Part shown: positions 1-10,981 of the stretch, one piece after another | Numbering within the stretch: the stretch's first letter is position 1 | How the letters are laid out: the number at the start of each line of letters is the position of its first letter | IMG/VR virus record: IMGVR_UViG_3300006484_000039 | Span: 1 to 30,656 of that record | Length of the DNA: 30,656 nt | Strand: one strand, 5' to 3' | From: a virus | Lineage: Duplodnaviria; Caudoviricetes | Notes under the pieces: generated by a model | Databases searched by the model: none | Told to the model about the DNA's origin: nothing | What the model saw: only the letters and a program-made list of their open reading frames with translations | Program-made: the position numbers and the translations under genes

Positions 1-2330
1 CTTCCTATATCTGGACTAGACGGAGAGCCAGGGAAGTTTCCAACTACACCTATAACGGCAACTGCTGTTACCTCATATGTAGTATTAGCTTCCAATGTTA
101 TACCACCAACAGTATTTGCTAGTGTTGTTGTACTGTTAGCAGAAGATAATGTATTATTATATACGGTTGGACGATATCTAGTATCTCCAGCAGATCTTGT
201 TAAAACAGAAGAGTCTGAGCCAACAACTTGATTAGGAGCAGTTAAGTTGTTACTATTTAATGTATGATTGCCAGTACTATTTCCTTGTGTCGTTGCTAAA
301 CCAGTTTGAGTTCCAATATTTAAAGTTGATGTGGATGCCGTTCCTATATTAACACTTGTTCCATTTACATTTATGGTAGCACCGTTTAGAGTTGTAGTAA
401 CACCAACAGTATTATTACCAACATTAATACTACCTTGTCCTGTTGCTATGTTTACGGTACCAGTAGTTGTTCCAGTTGCTATATCTGTTGTATTTGTTCC
501 TGCATTATTATTAATCTTAGTAACTCCAAGAGTAGTTAATGTAGTTGAAGTATTTCCAATATCAACATTAGTTGCAACTGTATTGTTTGTATTAATGTAT
601 GTAGAACCACCACCATCATAATTTATGTTTGTAATTCCACCAGCAATAATAGCACCGTAAGCAGATCCCCATGCAGATAATGCAGTTGTTCCGTTACTAT
701 CTCCTAATATTGCCATTTTAGCAGTTGGTGTTGTAGCATTTACTCCAACATTTCCATTTGATAACACGGATATTCTTTGTTGATTATTTGTATAAATGTC
801 AAATGGTGCTGCATTTTCTGTTCCTATATATGGATTTGTTGCAGCACCTGGATTGGATCCGCTATTATTAGTTCCATATGTACCAATAATAATTTTATTA
901 GTAGTTCCATCATATATTCTAACATGTGGTTGATCGGAACTTCCTAATTCAGACGCACTATTGTCTTTAACAATATTAAATGGAGCAGTAGGTGTATTAA
1001 CACCAAAGCCAATCCATCCATTAGATGCACCATCAACCATCAAAGCTGCTTTTGTATGAGGAGCATCGATATCTTGATCAAAACATTGTAAAATTGGTTG
1101 AGCACCTGTTTGAATTATTGTAGTTGCTGCATCTGTACCAGCATTATTAACAAGTAATGAACTTGTTATTTGAACCTTAGTATCAAGATATGAAATACTT
1201 CCTAATGCAGAAAGATCTCCTGTTATAGTAGTGCTTCCGTTAATCCAAACATCACCACCAACATCAAGAACTACTTGTCCTCTTTGTGAAAGTCCGTAAT
1301 AATCTTCTGGTGTTTTGTATATTCCTGTTCTACTATTAAATACATTTATTCCACCACCACCAGTTGAAAGTGATATGAATGGACTATGAAACATACCACC
1401 AACAGTTCCACCTTCGATTTTAAGACCAGTTAATGCACCATAACCAGACAATGCAACATTATCAGAATATGCACCAATGGCCATCAATCCACCATAAGCA
1501 CTAACACCCCAATAAGGTGAGGAAACGTCTAATCCAACAGTTCCCCCATATGCGGATAATGCTCTTCTTGGACTATAAAATTCTCCACCAACGATTTGTC
1601 CATAAGCAGATACCGCTCTGTTATTTGAATATGATTCAACTCCTACATATCCACCCCATGCTGATAATCCCCAATTTGGAGAAAATGTTTCTATTCCAAT
1701 TTCTCCACCATATGCGGATAATGCTCTTCTTGGACTATAAAATTCTCCACCAACGATTTGTCCATAAGCAGAAATAGCTCTTGAATTTGAATAAACGTCT
1801 AATCCTAGATAACCACCAAAAGCACTCAATGCTCTCATTGGAGAAACTGCTTCTAAGGCAATTTGTCCTCCAAGTGCGGATAATGCTCTTCTAGGACTAT
1901 AAACATCAATACCAACAAATTGTGCATTTGCAGATATTGCTCTTATGCTTGAGTAAAATTCACCCGCAATATAACCACCAAAAGCACTCAATGCCCTCAT
2001 TGGAGATGCTGCTTCTATTGAAACTTTTGGAGCATATGAAGAAATAGCAGTAGATTTGGTACTCCAAATCTCAGCACCCAAATATCCTTCACTATGTATC
2101 AATGCTCCCCTGATTCCAGCATATGCACAAAGTGCTGTATTATCTGTGTATAAAAAAGCAGCATATGCACTTAAAGGTGCAACTGCACTTAAAGAGCCAG
2201 ATAAAACAAATTCCCCAAGAAAGGGTTGCTGTTGACTAGCTATTGGATCATGCCCTGCATCTGGATTGCTACCATTACCGTAGGTATGGTGATTACGTCT
2301 ATGCCATTTTGAATGAAATCTATTACTCAT
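1..2330 (-). CDS. Tail fibre/adhesin-like virion protein, partial (3' end outside window)
   Basis: Not in the ORF track because it is open-ended. ATG at 2330 (MSNRFHSKWHRRNHHTYG...) reads without a stop to position 1. It has 18-aa tandem repeats (SPRRALSAYGGxxGxExY), fibre-type GNVGVNATTP/GWIGFGVNTP motifs, a T/N/G-rich beta region, and TATAAATA at 2349-2356. Confidence 0.85.
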   Translation of the reverse strand, partial: MSNRFHSKWHRRNHHTYGNGSNPDAGHDPIASQQQPFLGEFVLSGSLSAVAPLSAYAAFLYTDNTALCAYAGIRGALIHSEGYLGAEIWSTKSTAISSYAPKVSIEAASPMRALSAFGGYIAGEFYSSIRAISANAQFVGIDVYSPRRALSALGGQIALEAVSPMRALSAFGGYLGLDVYSNSRAISAYGQIVGGEFYSPRRALSAYGGEIGIETFSPNWGLSAWGGYVGVESYSNNRAVSAYGQIVGGEFYSPRRALSAYGGTVGLDVSSPYWGVSAYGGLMAIGAYSDNVALSGYGALTGLKIEGGTVGGMFHSPFISLSTGGGGINVFNSRTGIYKTPEDYYGLSQRGQVVLDVGGDVWINGSTTITGDLSALGSISYLDTKVQITSSLLVNNAGTDAATTIIQTGAQPILQCFDQDIDAPHTKAALMVDGASNGWIGFGVNTPTAPFNIVKDNSASELGSSDQPHVRIYDGTTNKIIIGTYGTNNSGSNPGAATNPYIGTENAAPFDIYTNNQQRISVLSNGNVGVNATTPTAKMAILGDSNGTTALSAWGSAYGAIIAGGITNINYDGGGSTYINTNNTVATNVDIGNTSTTLTTLGVTKINNNAGTNTTDIATGTTTGTVNIATGQGSINVGNNTVGVTTTLNGATINVNGTSVNIGTASTSTLNIGTQTGLATTQGNSTGNHTLNSNNLTAPNQVVGSDSSVLTRSAGDTRYRPTVYNNTLSSANSTTTLANTVGGITLEANTTYEVTAVAVIGVVGNFPGSPSSPDIG
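1546..1772 (-). repeat. Exact 65-bp direct repeat (1546-1610, 1708-1772), period 162 bp = 54 aa, inside the fibre gene
   Basis: The sequence ccatatgcggataatgctcttcttgg...cataagcaga occurs twice. A second, near-identical pair at ~1809-1844 and ~1971-2006 has the same 162-bp offset. Confidence 0.95.
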
Positions 2331-2348
2331 ATTATTCTCAAGTCACAA

Positions 2349-2356
2349 TATTTATA
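2349..2356 (-). promoter_or_regulatory. T4-like late promoter TATAAATA
   Basis: Exact T4 late consensus 18 nt upstream of the ATG at 2330. Confidence 0.65.
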
Positions 2357-2424
2357 TTGGAACCTATTTTATAGGTCACTTTTTTGAACTTACAAATACT
2401 TATATTATACATCTTAATATTTTA

Positions 2425-5400
2425 TTAAAATGAACAGTTTAATCCGGTAAATGGCGTTGGTACTTTACTACAACAATCAGAAGTTGCTAAATTCCAACTT
2501 TTATTGGGAGCATAAACAGTAATAGAATTATTTTCTAATTCTTCATATGTAATTGGATTTATGTTACAAATACGAATTACTGGTAATTTAAAATTATAAC
2601 AACTCATAGCACCCCATGACCAACAAAATTCGCCTCCACATTTATCTAAAAGTTTAGAGTTTTCTAACGTCAATTGTTTAATATCTAAAAAATCTTTTAA
2701 ACTCATTAAAGCATTTTGGAGTTTTATTAATTCTTTATTAATTGTCTGAGGAACATGTAATTCATTTATACCTACTCCTATAGAATCTAACTCTATAGTA
2801 TCATCAAACATTGGAAGTTCTGTGTATGATATAGGTGCTTTTGCAAAATATGTAACAATACCATTGCTCGTTTGTTCTGTAGCCAATACCAATTTATAAT
2901 TTAAAGTTTTTCTAAATGTTTTAATATTTTGCCCCATTCTTATTAAACTTCTATTATAATTGATATCAGATGAAAACTCATTTCTATCTATCAATAATTG
3001 ATCTTTTGACCAATACTCGGAATGAATTCCTCCACCTATCCTATAAACAGATAGAATATCTTGTATTTTTATTACACTGTTTTTTGTTATTAAAAGCATA
3101 GAACGATTACTAGCTTTTTTAATGCTCACAAAATTTAAAATAGATTTTGATAGTATTAAAGTAGTAATATAATATCCAGAAGGAGAGTATTTGTAAACAG
3201 TATTAGTAGTTAGTATGTATATAAAATCCCCAGATTCATCAAAAGACATTTTTATTACATCTCCAACTACTTCCTTTATGTTGAATGATGCTATATAATC
3301 AGATGATAAATCATCAAAAATATATATAATTTTATTATCTGTTAACACATACAACATATTAAATTTAGGATGTGCTGCTATTGTAATTGGTTGTTCTACT
3401 TCAAAAATAGGATTTCTATATGTATATCTCCAATTTAACAGTGAATTATATTGTTTAATACAATCATTATTATAATCTAATACATATAATCTTCCTGAAG
3501 CATATGATATTTCTGAAGGAGAATTGAATTTATTATTATCAAATGAAGTTCCTAATCCACCGATATTTATACTGTAATTTAACTCTGGAGGTGTAGTAGA
3601 AAATTGTAAATCAAATCTATAAACTTTATTATTAGGAGGATCTACTATGTAAGCAACAGTTCCATCTTCATTCATTTCCAATGAAACAGGATTTAATAGA
3701 GTAGTTTTAAGACCATCTGTACCATTTAAATTAATATCTGGTGCAAAATATGTAGAAGAAAGAGCTTTGAAGGTATTTCCCTCTAAAATAAACATACGAT
3801 CATTTACTTCTGATGCATCTTTTATGTTTGAGAAATAAGAACTTCCTTGAGAAACAGAAAACTCTGGTGCATCGTATATAAATGAATCTGTGTCTTTAGT
3901 ATACCATCTAATACCATTAGCTAGATAATTTGGATTTGTTCCTAACCAACCAAAAAGTAATGTAGGAGATTTGGTATCTAGTGTTTGTACATTAGATATT
4001 AAATAATCCAAATTATCACTTAATCTAGAAATTGTTGAATTGAATATGTCCTCATCTCCCCATTCATTGGGTTGTATCAATACTTGATCATTTGAATAAG
4101 GAAGAGATAGTATAGTTTCTTCTACAAATCTTAAAGCATTTGGATCATAAACTTCCCAACTATCTTTTACAATTATTGGATTTGGATTTTTAAATTCTAA
4201 GTATGAACCATCTTTAAACAATGCACTATATGATATATAATAAGTTCCTGAGTTTTTATAGTTATAAAATAAAGTAGAATCATATGAAAGTATTTTATAT
4301 GAATTTGCTTCTCCGAAATTTGCCATATATGCAACAATTTTATTTGTTTGATATTCTGGTGTATCGAATTGTATGAATATATTAGATCCGGTTAGTGTAT
4401 ATGCAGTTGATATGAAAATAGAAGGAATAGCAACATCACTATTGGTTTTTATATTAACTGATGAAATAAATGGTGTTATTTGATTAACAGAATTCCATAA
4501 ATCTCTTTCGTTTGTATATTGATTATTTGCATAATCATTAAAGGTAGATGATGGTACTTTTTTATAAACATTTGCAGATGCTTGTAAAACCATAGTATTA
4601 TTTCTATTATCTACTGTTAATGTTTTAAATTTATCACCAATGTTTATATTAAATAAATTAAAGGTTCCATCTACGGCAGGAACAACTTTTTGTTCTTTCC
4701 AAAAATATGTTGAAAGTGTATATGTTATTGTTCCATAATCAACTTGAACTGGTGATTCTAAAGGATTTGTGCTTATTTTTTGTGTTATAGAAATTGTTCT
4801 ATCAGTATCAACATTTATAGAAGTTGCTAAAGGATAAAATGAAAATGTTATATCAGTATAATCTTTAAGTTTTAATGTATTTCGTAATAAATTTGAACTA
4901 TTTGATAGTGTTTCTGCCTTTATATTAAAAGACTTCGTTACTAAAGAACCAGAATCTGGTATTTTATACGTTGGACCCATTTTTCTTGGGTAATATAGAG
5001 TATCATATGCAAATACTGATATATATAATCCACTAGAAGTAAACATTTCAGTTCTATATGGAATGTCTATAAGTTCATAACTAGAAGTAACGCCATCAAA
5101 TATTGTAAATGGAGATGATATGCCCATTGTATATATCAAATCATTTGAATATGGTTTATTTGTAGATAGATAATAAGTTTGACTATTTGATTTTTTATTA
5201 CCAAATGTTCCAAATTTATTTGAAGATTGTATTTGTGTGAAGTTGCTCGTATCTGAAACTGTTGCATACCTACCACTATTCCAAAAATATTCTGGTATGC
5301 TTATAAATTCTAAATTTTTATTAAATTCATTTTCATCTAATATATGAATTGATAATTCACTTTTAATGTTATGAGGAAACGTCCAACCAGGTACAATAGC

Positions 5401-8178
5401 ATTTAAGGCACTTAATGATATTATTGTATCTGATTTTTTATTTTTTGTGTATGAAATAGTGTTAGTGTTATTAACATCATATAAATCATTGTCTGTACTA
5501 GAAACATTCCATATTATAGTAGAAGTTGATGCAAATCTTGGTATAACATCACTATGACTATATAAATTAAATGCATTTGTATTATTATTAGGTCTTGTAA
5601 TTACGTTTTTAGTTAATCTTGTATTTGATATATCATTAGATACTAATGGATTATAAACAGTAGTATAGTTATCAAAACTGCTATAATATGTTAAGAAATC
5701 TGTATTAAAAATAGATGGATTCGGAAAATCATCTAATAATATATTATATGTTCCATCTATTAATCCTTTTGGTGTGTCAATACTCGCAAGAACATCAAAG
5801 TTATTTAAATTAGGTACAGTATTATATGGAGGTTCTATTTCAAAATAAATAGAACTCAATACTATATTAGAATCGTCTGTACCAAATACATATGGAGTAT
5901 TGTCTGCTATATAATAAGCAGAAACTGGAGAAGTATCATATGTTTGACCATTGTAAGACCAAGTCCAACATATTTTACCGCTTTGTGGAATATCATATTG
6001 TCTTCCCTTATAAGGAACAGCAGCAGTTAAATATAAAGATCTTGTTTTATTAAGATTGTTAACTCCATTAGGAGAACCAACTAACAAATATCCTTCTGAA
6101 AAGTAATCGAAAAGCGAAGAAACTGATGACACGCTTGTAGTTTCATTATATTTCTGTGATGAAAGAGTTAATACTATAGTTTGTGGACCATATCCAGAAA
6201 CGGCAACTGTTTGTGTATTAGAGTTGAATAAAATAGATTGTCCCGGAGTTATTGATTGTAAATACTTTCCATTTAAATCAACAGCATTTATGCTTGTGGT
6301 AGAATTTATTGGTTCTACAAACCAAGAAATATTAGAACCATTTAGATCTCTTGTTGGCCAAGACGTATCATTAACTAAGAATGATGAATCTGCTTCTAGT
6401 CTATCAGCAACTTCAAATATCTTTGAAATAAAAATTGGTTGTCCACTATTATTAGGAGGCTGACCTATGGCTAATTTAATATTTGTTTTTTCAAATGAGT
6501 CTAAAATTCCTGCAAAACTAGAAAGAGTAGAAAGGATTGTAAATTCAATTTCACCATGTTTTTCAAAGGGATAAGATATTTTTAATTGATTTGCATCAGA
6601 TGCCTTTATCCAAGGAGATGATTTTAAATCATATGGAATATTTAAAGAAGATCCGTAATAAGCATAAACATCATCTAATATAACATTCGATGCATCTAGA
6701 CTTGGAGTAAATTTTATATAATCATCGGGAGCACCAAATGAAAGATCATATGTAACAAAATCATGATCAGAACCTATATATGTAGAAAGTGTAGCAGAAT
6801 AATTCCATCCTTTAGGAGTATATTCTTGAGAAATTATAGGAGATCTTAAAAAGAAAGTTAAGTCCGAAGTTTCCATCAATGATTGTGATGGATCATTATC
6901 ATCTTTTAACGATGCTTTGTATGAGTAGTAATGTGGAGGATATTTAGTCACCCAATCTATACTAGAATGTGTAGAACTAGATCCCGTGAGGGGAACTCCT
7001 AATGGAGTTGTTACGGAATTAACAGTATCTTGCCACTTTTCTTGTGTAAATTGTAACGTTGGACAATCTGCTATATAACTAACTCCTATGTTAGTATCAG
7101 GTAAACCCGTGATGGTATTTACTATAGTAGTTCCTGTAAAATAATTTTTGCTTAAATACGTAAAATTACTATCTGATAAATTAAAAGTAGCACATAATAC
7201 GCAATATTTTGTATCTGAAAGATCCGAAAGACTACTGTCGTTTTTTATTTGTAATAATTGAAATATTTGTTTATCGTTTTGTGTTTTTGTTGATAAATCT
7301 ACAGGAAATTTATCGGTCATTATATAAGAAGATTTTAGTGTTGGTAATGAACCATATGTTGCAACATTATCAAATCGTTCTTGTCCTAAATTTCCCATTT
7401 TTATACCACCATTTGAAGGACCATAGTCTGCATAAAAAATTACGCTATATGTTACAAATGTACTATCTGGTCTAATTCTTGATTTATCTACAGAAGTACT
7501 TGGTGATGGTTCTAATACAGTAGATAAAAATATAGGATTGTTTGTAGGAGTAAATGAAATAACTGGTATGTTATTTCTCATTCTACAACTAGACATATTG
7601 TAAACAATTGAATAGTTGTTAATTGGTAAAGAACTTGTAGTGGGCTTTGATACATTTTCTTTTCTAATTTCAAGTGCTCCAGAAACATCAGAAGCAGATG
7701 ATAGATAAAATCTAGTATATTCGTCTTTTAAAACTGTTTCTGTATTTAATGTCCAATTAGTACCATTAAATGTTGGTTTAGATGTTGGTTTTAATAATAA
7801 TCTTTTAGGATTTATATAATAGCAATAATATTTGTTTGAAATATTACTACCAGGTGCTATATCTATGGCTAACGTATTAAATGTATTTCCTATATTAAAT
7901 AATCTTCTTTCGGAAGATACATTCCAAACTAAAGACGTAGATGCAGTTGTATCAATCGCATTAAGACCTTGAGTATCAAAGACTGGAGCAGAATTTAAAT
8001 AATCATATGAATTATAATAGTTTATAGGAACATCTATAGAGTTATTAAATCTGAAATAATTATATGCTGGAATTGAATGTAAAGCAGGATCAATCAAATT
8101 TCCATCTAAACCAACAACATATTTTTCGTTAGGCCAAGTGCCTTCGGTTGTTATAGTATATGCTTTCGTTGATGCCAT
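2425..8178 (-). CDS. Large virion structural protein (1917 aa) with a PKD/Ig-like segment and a C-terminal NHL/beta-propeller-like region
   Basis: S/T/N/Y-rich beta composition; FGEANS...YNYKNSGTYYISY (PKD-like); repeats such as AYIVDPPNNKVYRF, FNSPSEI...LYVLDYNNDCIKQY and PITIAAHP...LYVLT (NHL-like); Cys-containing C-terminus; TCTAAATA motif at 8191-8198. Confidence 0.75.
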   Translation of the reverse strand: MASTKAYTITTEGTWPNEKYVVGLDGNLIDPALHSIPAYNYFRFNNSIDVPINYYNSYDYLNSAPVFDTQGLNAIDTTASTSLVWNVSSERRLFNIGNTFNTLAIDIAPGSNISNKYYCYYINPKRLLLKPTSKPTFNGTNWTLNTETVLKDEYTRFYLSSASDVSGALEIRKENVSKPTTSSLPINNYSIVYNMSSCRMRNNIPVISFTPTNNPIFLSTVLEPSPSTSVDKSRIRPDSTFVTYSVIFYADYGPSNGGIKMGNLGQERFDNVATYGSLPTLKSSYIMTDKFPVDLSTKTQNDKQIFQLLQIKNDSSLSDLSDTKYCVLCATFNLSDSNFTYLSKNYFTGTTIVNTITGLPDTNIGVSYIADCPTLQFTQEKWQDTVNSVTTPLGVPLTGSSSTHSSIDWVTKYPPHYYSYKASLKDDNDPSQSLMETSDLTFFLRSPIISQEYTPKGWNYSATLSTYIGSDHDFVTYDLSFGAPDDYIKFTPSLDASNVILDDVYAYYGSSLNIPYDLKSSPWIKASDANQLKISYPFEKHGEIEFTILSTLSSFAGILDSFEKTNIKLAIGQPPNNSGQPIFISKIFEVADRLEADSSFLVNDTSWPTRDLNGSNISWFVEPINSTTSINAVDLNGKYLQSITPGQSILFNSNTQTVAVSGYGPQTIVLTLSSQKYNETTSVSSVSSLFDYFSEGYLLVGSPNGVNNLNKTRSLYLTAAVPYKGRQYDIPQSGKICWTWSYNGQTYDTSPVSAYYIADNTPYVFGTDDSNIVLSSIYFEIEPPYNTVPNLNNFDVLASIDTPKGLIDGTYNILLDDFPNPSIFNTDFLTYYSSFDNYTTVYNPLVSNDISNTRLTKNVITRPNNNTNAFNLYSHSDVIPRFASTSTIIWNVSSTDNDLYDVNNTNTISYTKNKKSDTIISLSALNAIVPGWTFPHNIKSELSIHILDENEFNKNLEFISIPEYFWNSGRYATVSDTSNFTQIQSSNKFGTFGNKKSNSQTYYLSTNKPYSNDLIYTMGISSPFTIFDGVTSSYELIDIPYRTEMFTSSGLYISVFAYDTLYYPRKMGPTYKIPDSGSLVTKSFNIKAETLSNSSNLLRNTLKLKDYTDITFSFYPLATSINVDTDRTISITQKISTNPLESPVQVDYGTITYTLSTYFWKEQKVVPAVDGTFNLFNINIGDKFKTLTVDNRNNTMVLQASANVYKKVPSSTFNDYANNQYTNERDLWNSVNQITPFISSVNIKTNSDVAIPSIFISTAYTLTGSNIFIQFDTPEYQTNKIVAYMANFGEANSYKILSYDSTLFYNYKNSGTYYISYSALFKDGSYLEFKNPNPIIVKDSWEVYDPNALRFVEETILSLPYSNDQVLIQPNEWGDEDIFNSTISRLSDNLDYLISNVQTLDTKSPTLLFGWLGTNPNYLANGIRWYTKDTDSFIYDAPEFSVSQGSSYFSNIKDASEVNDRMFILEGNTFKALSSTYFAPDINLNGTDGLKTTLLNPVSLEMNEDGTVAYIVDPPNNKVYRFDLQFSTTPPELNYSINIGGLGTSFDNNKFNSPSEISYASGRLYVLDYNNDCIKQYNSLLNWRYTYRNPIFEVEQPITIAAHPKFNMLYVLTDNKIIYIFDDLSSDYIASFNIKEVVGDVIKMSFDESGDFIYILTTNTVYKYSPSGYYITTLILSKSILNFVSIKKASNRSMLLITKNSVIKIQDILSVYRIGGGIHSEYWSKDQLLIDRNEFSSDINYNRSLIRMGQNIKTFRKTLNYKLVLATEQTSNGIVTYFAKAPISYTELPMFDDTIELDSIGVGINELHVPQTINKELIKLQNALMSLKDFLDIKQLTLENSKLLDKCGGEFCWSWGAMSCYNFKLPVIRICNINPITYEELENNSITVYAPNKSWNLATSDCCSKVPTPFTGLNCSF

Positions 8179-8229
8179 TGTAGTATCTAATATTTAGATA
8201 TAAAACTCAAAATATCTAGACAAATTATA

Positions 8230-8258
8230 TTGACAAAATTTGATACTGTAGATATATA
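8230..8258 (+). promoter_or_regulatory. Sigma70-type promoter TTGACA-N17-TATATA
   Basis: Consensus -35 at 8230-8235, -10 at 8253-8258, ATG 7 nt later. Confidence 0.7.
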
Positions 8259-8265
8259 TAATAGT

Positions 8266-9483
8266 ATGAATAGTATTTTTGTACAAATTGCTTCTTATAG
8301 AGACACTGAATTGATACCTACTATAGAAGATTGTATTTCTAAGGCCAAGTTTCCAGAAAATTTAGTATTTGGAATAGCATGGCAACATTCTAATGAACAA
8401 AATTTAAGCAAATATAAAGAAGATAAGAGATTTAAAATATTGGATATTCCTTATAAAGAATCTAAAGGAGCATCTTGGGCTAGAAGTCAGATCAATTCGT
8501 TATATTCAGATGAAAAATATACATTACAAATAGATTCTCATACTAGATTCATTCAAAACTGGGATGAAGAGTTGATTTCTATGTGGGAATCAATGAACGA
8601 TCCATATGCTGTACTAACAACATATCCTTCTGATTACTATCCTAATCTTCCAGAAGAAAAATGGGTTAAAACCCCTTATGTTATACATACACATTCTATT
8701 TTAGACGGAAAAACACAACAAAGACCAAGAGTTCTACCGAATTGGGAGGATATAAAATCCCCAATAAGAGCTATTCACCTTGCTGCTGGATTTGTTTTTT
8801 CAATTGGTCAAATGATAAAGGACGTTCCATATGATCCTAACTTATATTTCATAGGAGAGGAAATGAATTTATCTATTAGATTATATACTCATGGTTATAA
8901 TCTATATCATCCCCATAAAATAATAATATGGCACTATTATATAAGAAAAGGAAATCCTAAACATTGGGATGATCATTCCGATTGGGGTAATAATTCATTA
9001 CAAGCGGACATTAGGAATGATTGTCTTTTAAAAAGAAAATTTGATATAAATTTGGGAATATATAATTTAGGAAATAAAAGAACATTAGAAGAGTATCAGA
9101 ATTATTCTGGAATTGACTATACTAGAAACATTTTACATTTAGATACAATAGACGGAAAGGAACCCCCTAGAGACTTAAGTGATTTTAGTAAATGGTCGTA
9201 TGAAATTAAAGAACATAGAGAAACAATCAAATGGAATTATAATATCATAGACAAAACAAAACCTTATAGATTTTGGGCATTTATATTCAAGGATCAAACA
9301 AACAATGAGATTTATAGACAAGATGTTTTATACTCTGAAGACAAAGATCTCTTGGATGGTATTAAACGTGAAAAGGAATTTGTATTTAATTATTATAGTC
9401 CTGCACAGAAACCATCTGTGCTTATTATATGGCCATATGCAGAATCTATGGAGTGGTTAAATAAAACCATCATCAATCTATAA
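8266..9483 (+). CDS. GT60-like GlcNAc-transferase (Skp1/Gnt1-like) with an extra C-terminal domain
   Basis: Motifs IFVQIASYRD, SKGASWAR, LQIDSHTRFIQNWD, AAGFVF, VPYDPNLYFIGEE, RLYTHGY and HYY are typical of the family. Start moved to ATG 8266 because the TTG at 8230 is the -35 box. Confidence 0.85.
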   Translation: MNSIFVQIASYRDTELIPTIEDCISKAKFPENLVFGIAWQHSNEQNLSKYKEDKRFKILDIPYKESKGASWARSQINSLYSDEKYTLQIDSHTRFIQNWDEELISMWESMNDPYAVLTTYPSDYYPNLPEEKWVKTPYVIHTHSILDGKTQQRPRVLPNWEDIKSPIRAIHLAAGFVFSIGQMIKDVPYDPNLYFIGEEMNLSIRLYTHGYNLYHPHKIIIWHYYIRKGNPKHWDDHSDWGNNSLQADIRNDCLLKRKFDINLGIYNLGNKRTLEEYQNYSGIDYTRNILHLDTIDGKEPPRDLSDFSKWSYEIKEHRETIKWNYNIIDKTKPYRFWAFIFKDQTNNEIYRQDVLYSEDKDLLDGIKREKEFVFNYYSPAQKPSVLIIWPYAESMEWLNKTIINL

Positions 9484-10937
9484 TGAAAGACTTATTGATA
9501 GTAGTTCCTTATAGGAATAGAGAGGAACATTTAAAAGAATTTTTAGAAAATGCTCCAAAGTATTTTGATAAACAAAATATAGAATATGATATTTTAATAT
9601 GTGAATTGGATCAAACTGGTGATTGGAATGCTGGTCTTTGTGTAAATTCTACTATAAATTTTATAAAAGATAAAAAGTATAAATGGTTGTTTATACATCA
9701 TGTTGATATATATCCACTAGAAGGAGATTTGAATTTTCCAAATGAAAATGAATATTATTATAACATAGGAGATTATGGAAGTTGTTTGATGTTGATGGAT
9801 TCTTTTTTAAATGTAGGTGGGTATTCTAATTCGTTTTGGGGATGGGGAGGAGAGGACAATGATTTATACAAAAAACTATCAATGTCTGGATTGTTACAAA
9901 TAGACAAAGATGATTGGAATGTTAAATATGAAAAGAAATTTCAAAATCATTTAAGAAAATTTAATGGAAAGAATTATGCAAATACTGTAAAAAATATATT
10001 TTTTACAGAAGAAAAAAATGATATCAAAAATTTTGATAACAACGGAAGTACTAGAGATCTTATAAAATTATCGGAAAATATATATAAGCATATAGTTGTC
10101 CCTAAAAAAATATCTCCATATGACTATAAAAATGATAAAGTTATATTGGGTTATTTGATTAATAACAAAGATACAAACGCTTTAATGGCATATGTAAAAA
10201 GTTCTATGATGTTTTCTTCATATGAATATGATGTTGCAATTTGCATAGCAGATGAGGAACCAGATTCTTATTTGATAGATCAGTTAGAATCTTTTGGTGT
10301 CATTGTATATAAACATAATAGAAAAACAAATGATTTATTTATTGATAGATATTTTGCATATAAAGATTTTTTAGAAAAAAATACACAATATAAAAAAGTT
10401 TTACATACAGACGTATCGGATGTGTTCTTTCAATCAAATCCATTTGATCATTTGTCGGATGAATTGATCATTAGTTCAGAGGATATATTAATAAAAGATG
10501 AAGAATGGAATTCTAAGGTTATAAAAAATATTTATGATATTTCTGTGTATGAAAAATTAAAAGACAAAGAGGTATTATGTGGAGGTGTTTTTGGTGGAGA
10601 ACGAAATGTTTTTATAAACTTTTGTGAAAAAGTTATAGAAGAAAGTAAAAATATAGAAGTGCATATACACGGATCAGACCAACCAATCATACAAAAAATA
10701 ATTTACATAGACGATTTTAAAGTAGATATTAAAAAATTAGAAAGTGCATTTTGTTGTAATTTGCATGTATATCACCATTATAAAGAATTGTTTATAGATA
10801 AAATTAGCATATATGATAACGGTAGAGTTTTTAACACAAATAAAGTAAAATTTTCAATAGTACATCAATATAATAGAATTAATGATATATATCAAAGAAT
10901 CTACAAGCATTTTGTAAATTTCTTTGGTCCTATTTAA
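9483..10937 (+). CDS. Two-domain glycosyltransferase: N-terminal GT7-like domain plus C-terminal GT-A-like domain
   Basis: IVVPYRNREEHL and VGGYSNSFWGWGGEDND (GT7 signatures); the second half has LHTDVSDVFFQSNPF, DQ and IVHQYNR. TAATG stop/start overlap with the upstream gene. Confidence 0.8.
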   Translation: MKDLLIVVPYRNREEHLKEFLENAPKYFDKQNIEYDILICELDQTGDWNAGLCVNSTINFIKDKKYKWLFIHHVDIYPLEGDLNFPNENEYYYNIGDYGSCLMLMDSFLNVGGYSNSFWGWGGEDNDLYKKLSMSGLLQIDKDDWNVKYEKKFQNHLRKFNGKNYANTVKNIFFTEEKNDIKNFDNNGSTRDLIKLSENIYKHIVVPKKISPYDYKNDKVILGYLINNKDTNALMAYVKSSMMFSSYEYDVAICIADEEPDSYLIDQLESFGVIVYKHNRKTNDLFIDRYFAYKDFLEKNTQYKKVLHTDVSDVFFQSNPFDHLSDELIISSEDILIKDEEWNSKVIKNIYDISVYEKLKDKEVLCGGVFGGERNVFINFCEKVIEESKNIEVHIHGSDQPIIQKIIYIDDFKVDIKKLESAFCCNLHVYHHYKELFIDKISIYDNGRVFNTNKVKFSIVHQYNRINDIYQRIYKHFVNFFGPI

Positions 10938-10981
10938 AAGGCCTTGACTTTTTATATTAAAATGTTAAATTTTTACTGAAC

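Noticed and set aside
331-1777. Plus-strand ORFs 331-621 and 1517-1777 (the latter with an internal repeat)
   Set aside because: Antisense shadows of the open minus-strand fibre gene; the repeat comes from that gene's 162-bp duplication.
1546-2006. Direct repeats as a CRISPR array or a DGR template/variable pair
   Set aside because: They are in-frame coding repeats with a 162-bp period. There are no unique spacers, no adenine-specific mismatch pattern, and no cas or reverse transcriptase gene in the window.
6224-7475. Plus-strand ORFs inside the 1917-aa gene
   Set aside because: Antisense shadows with no independent support.
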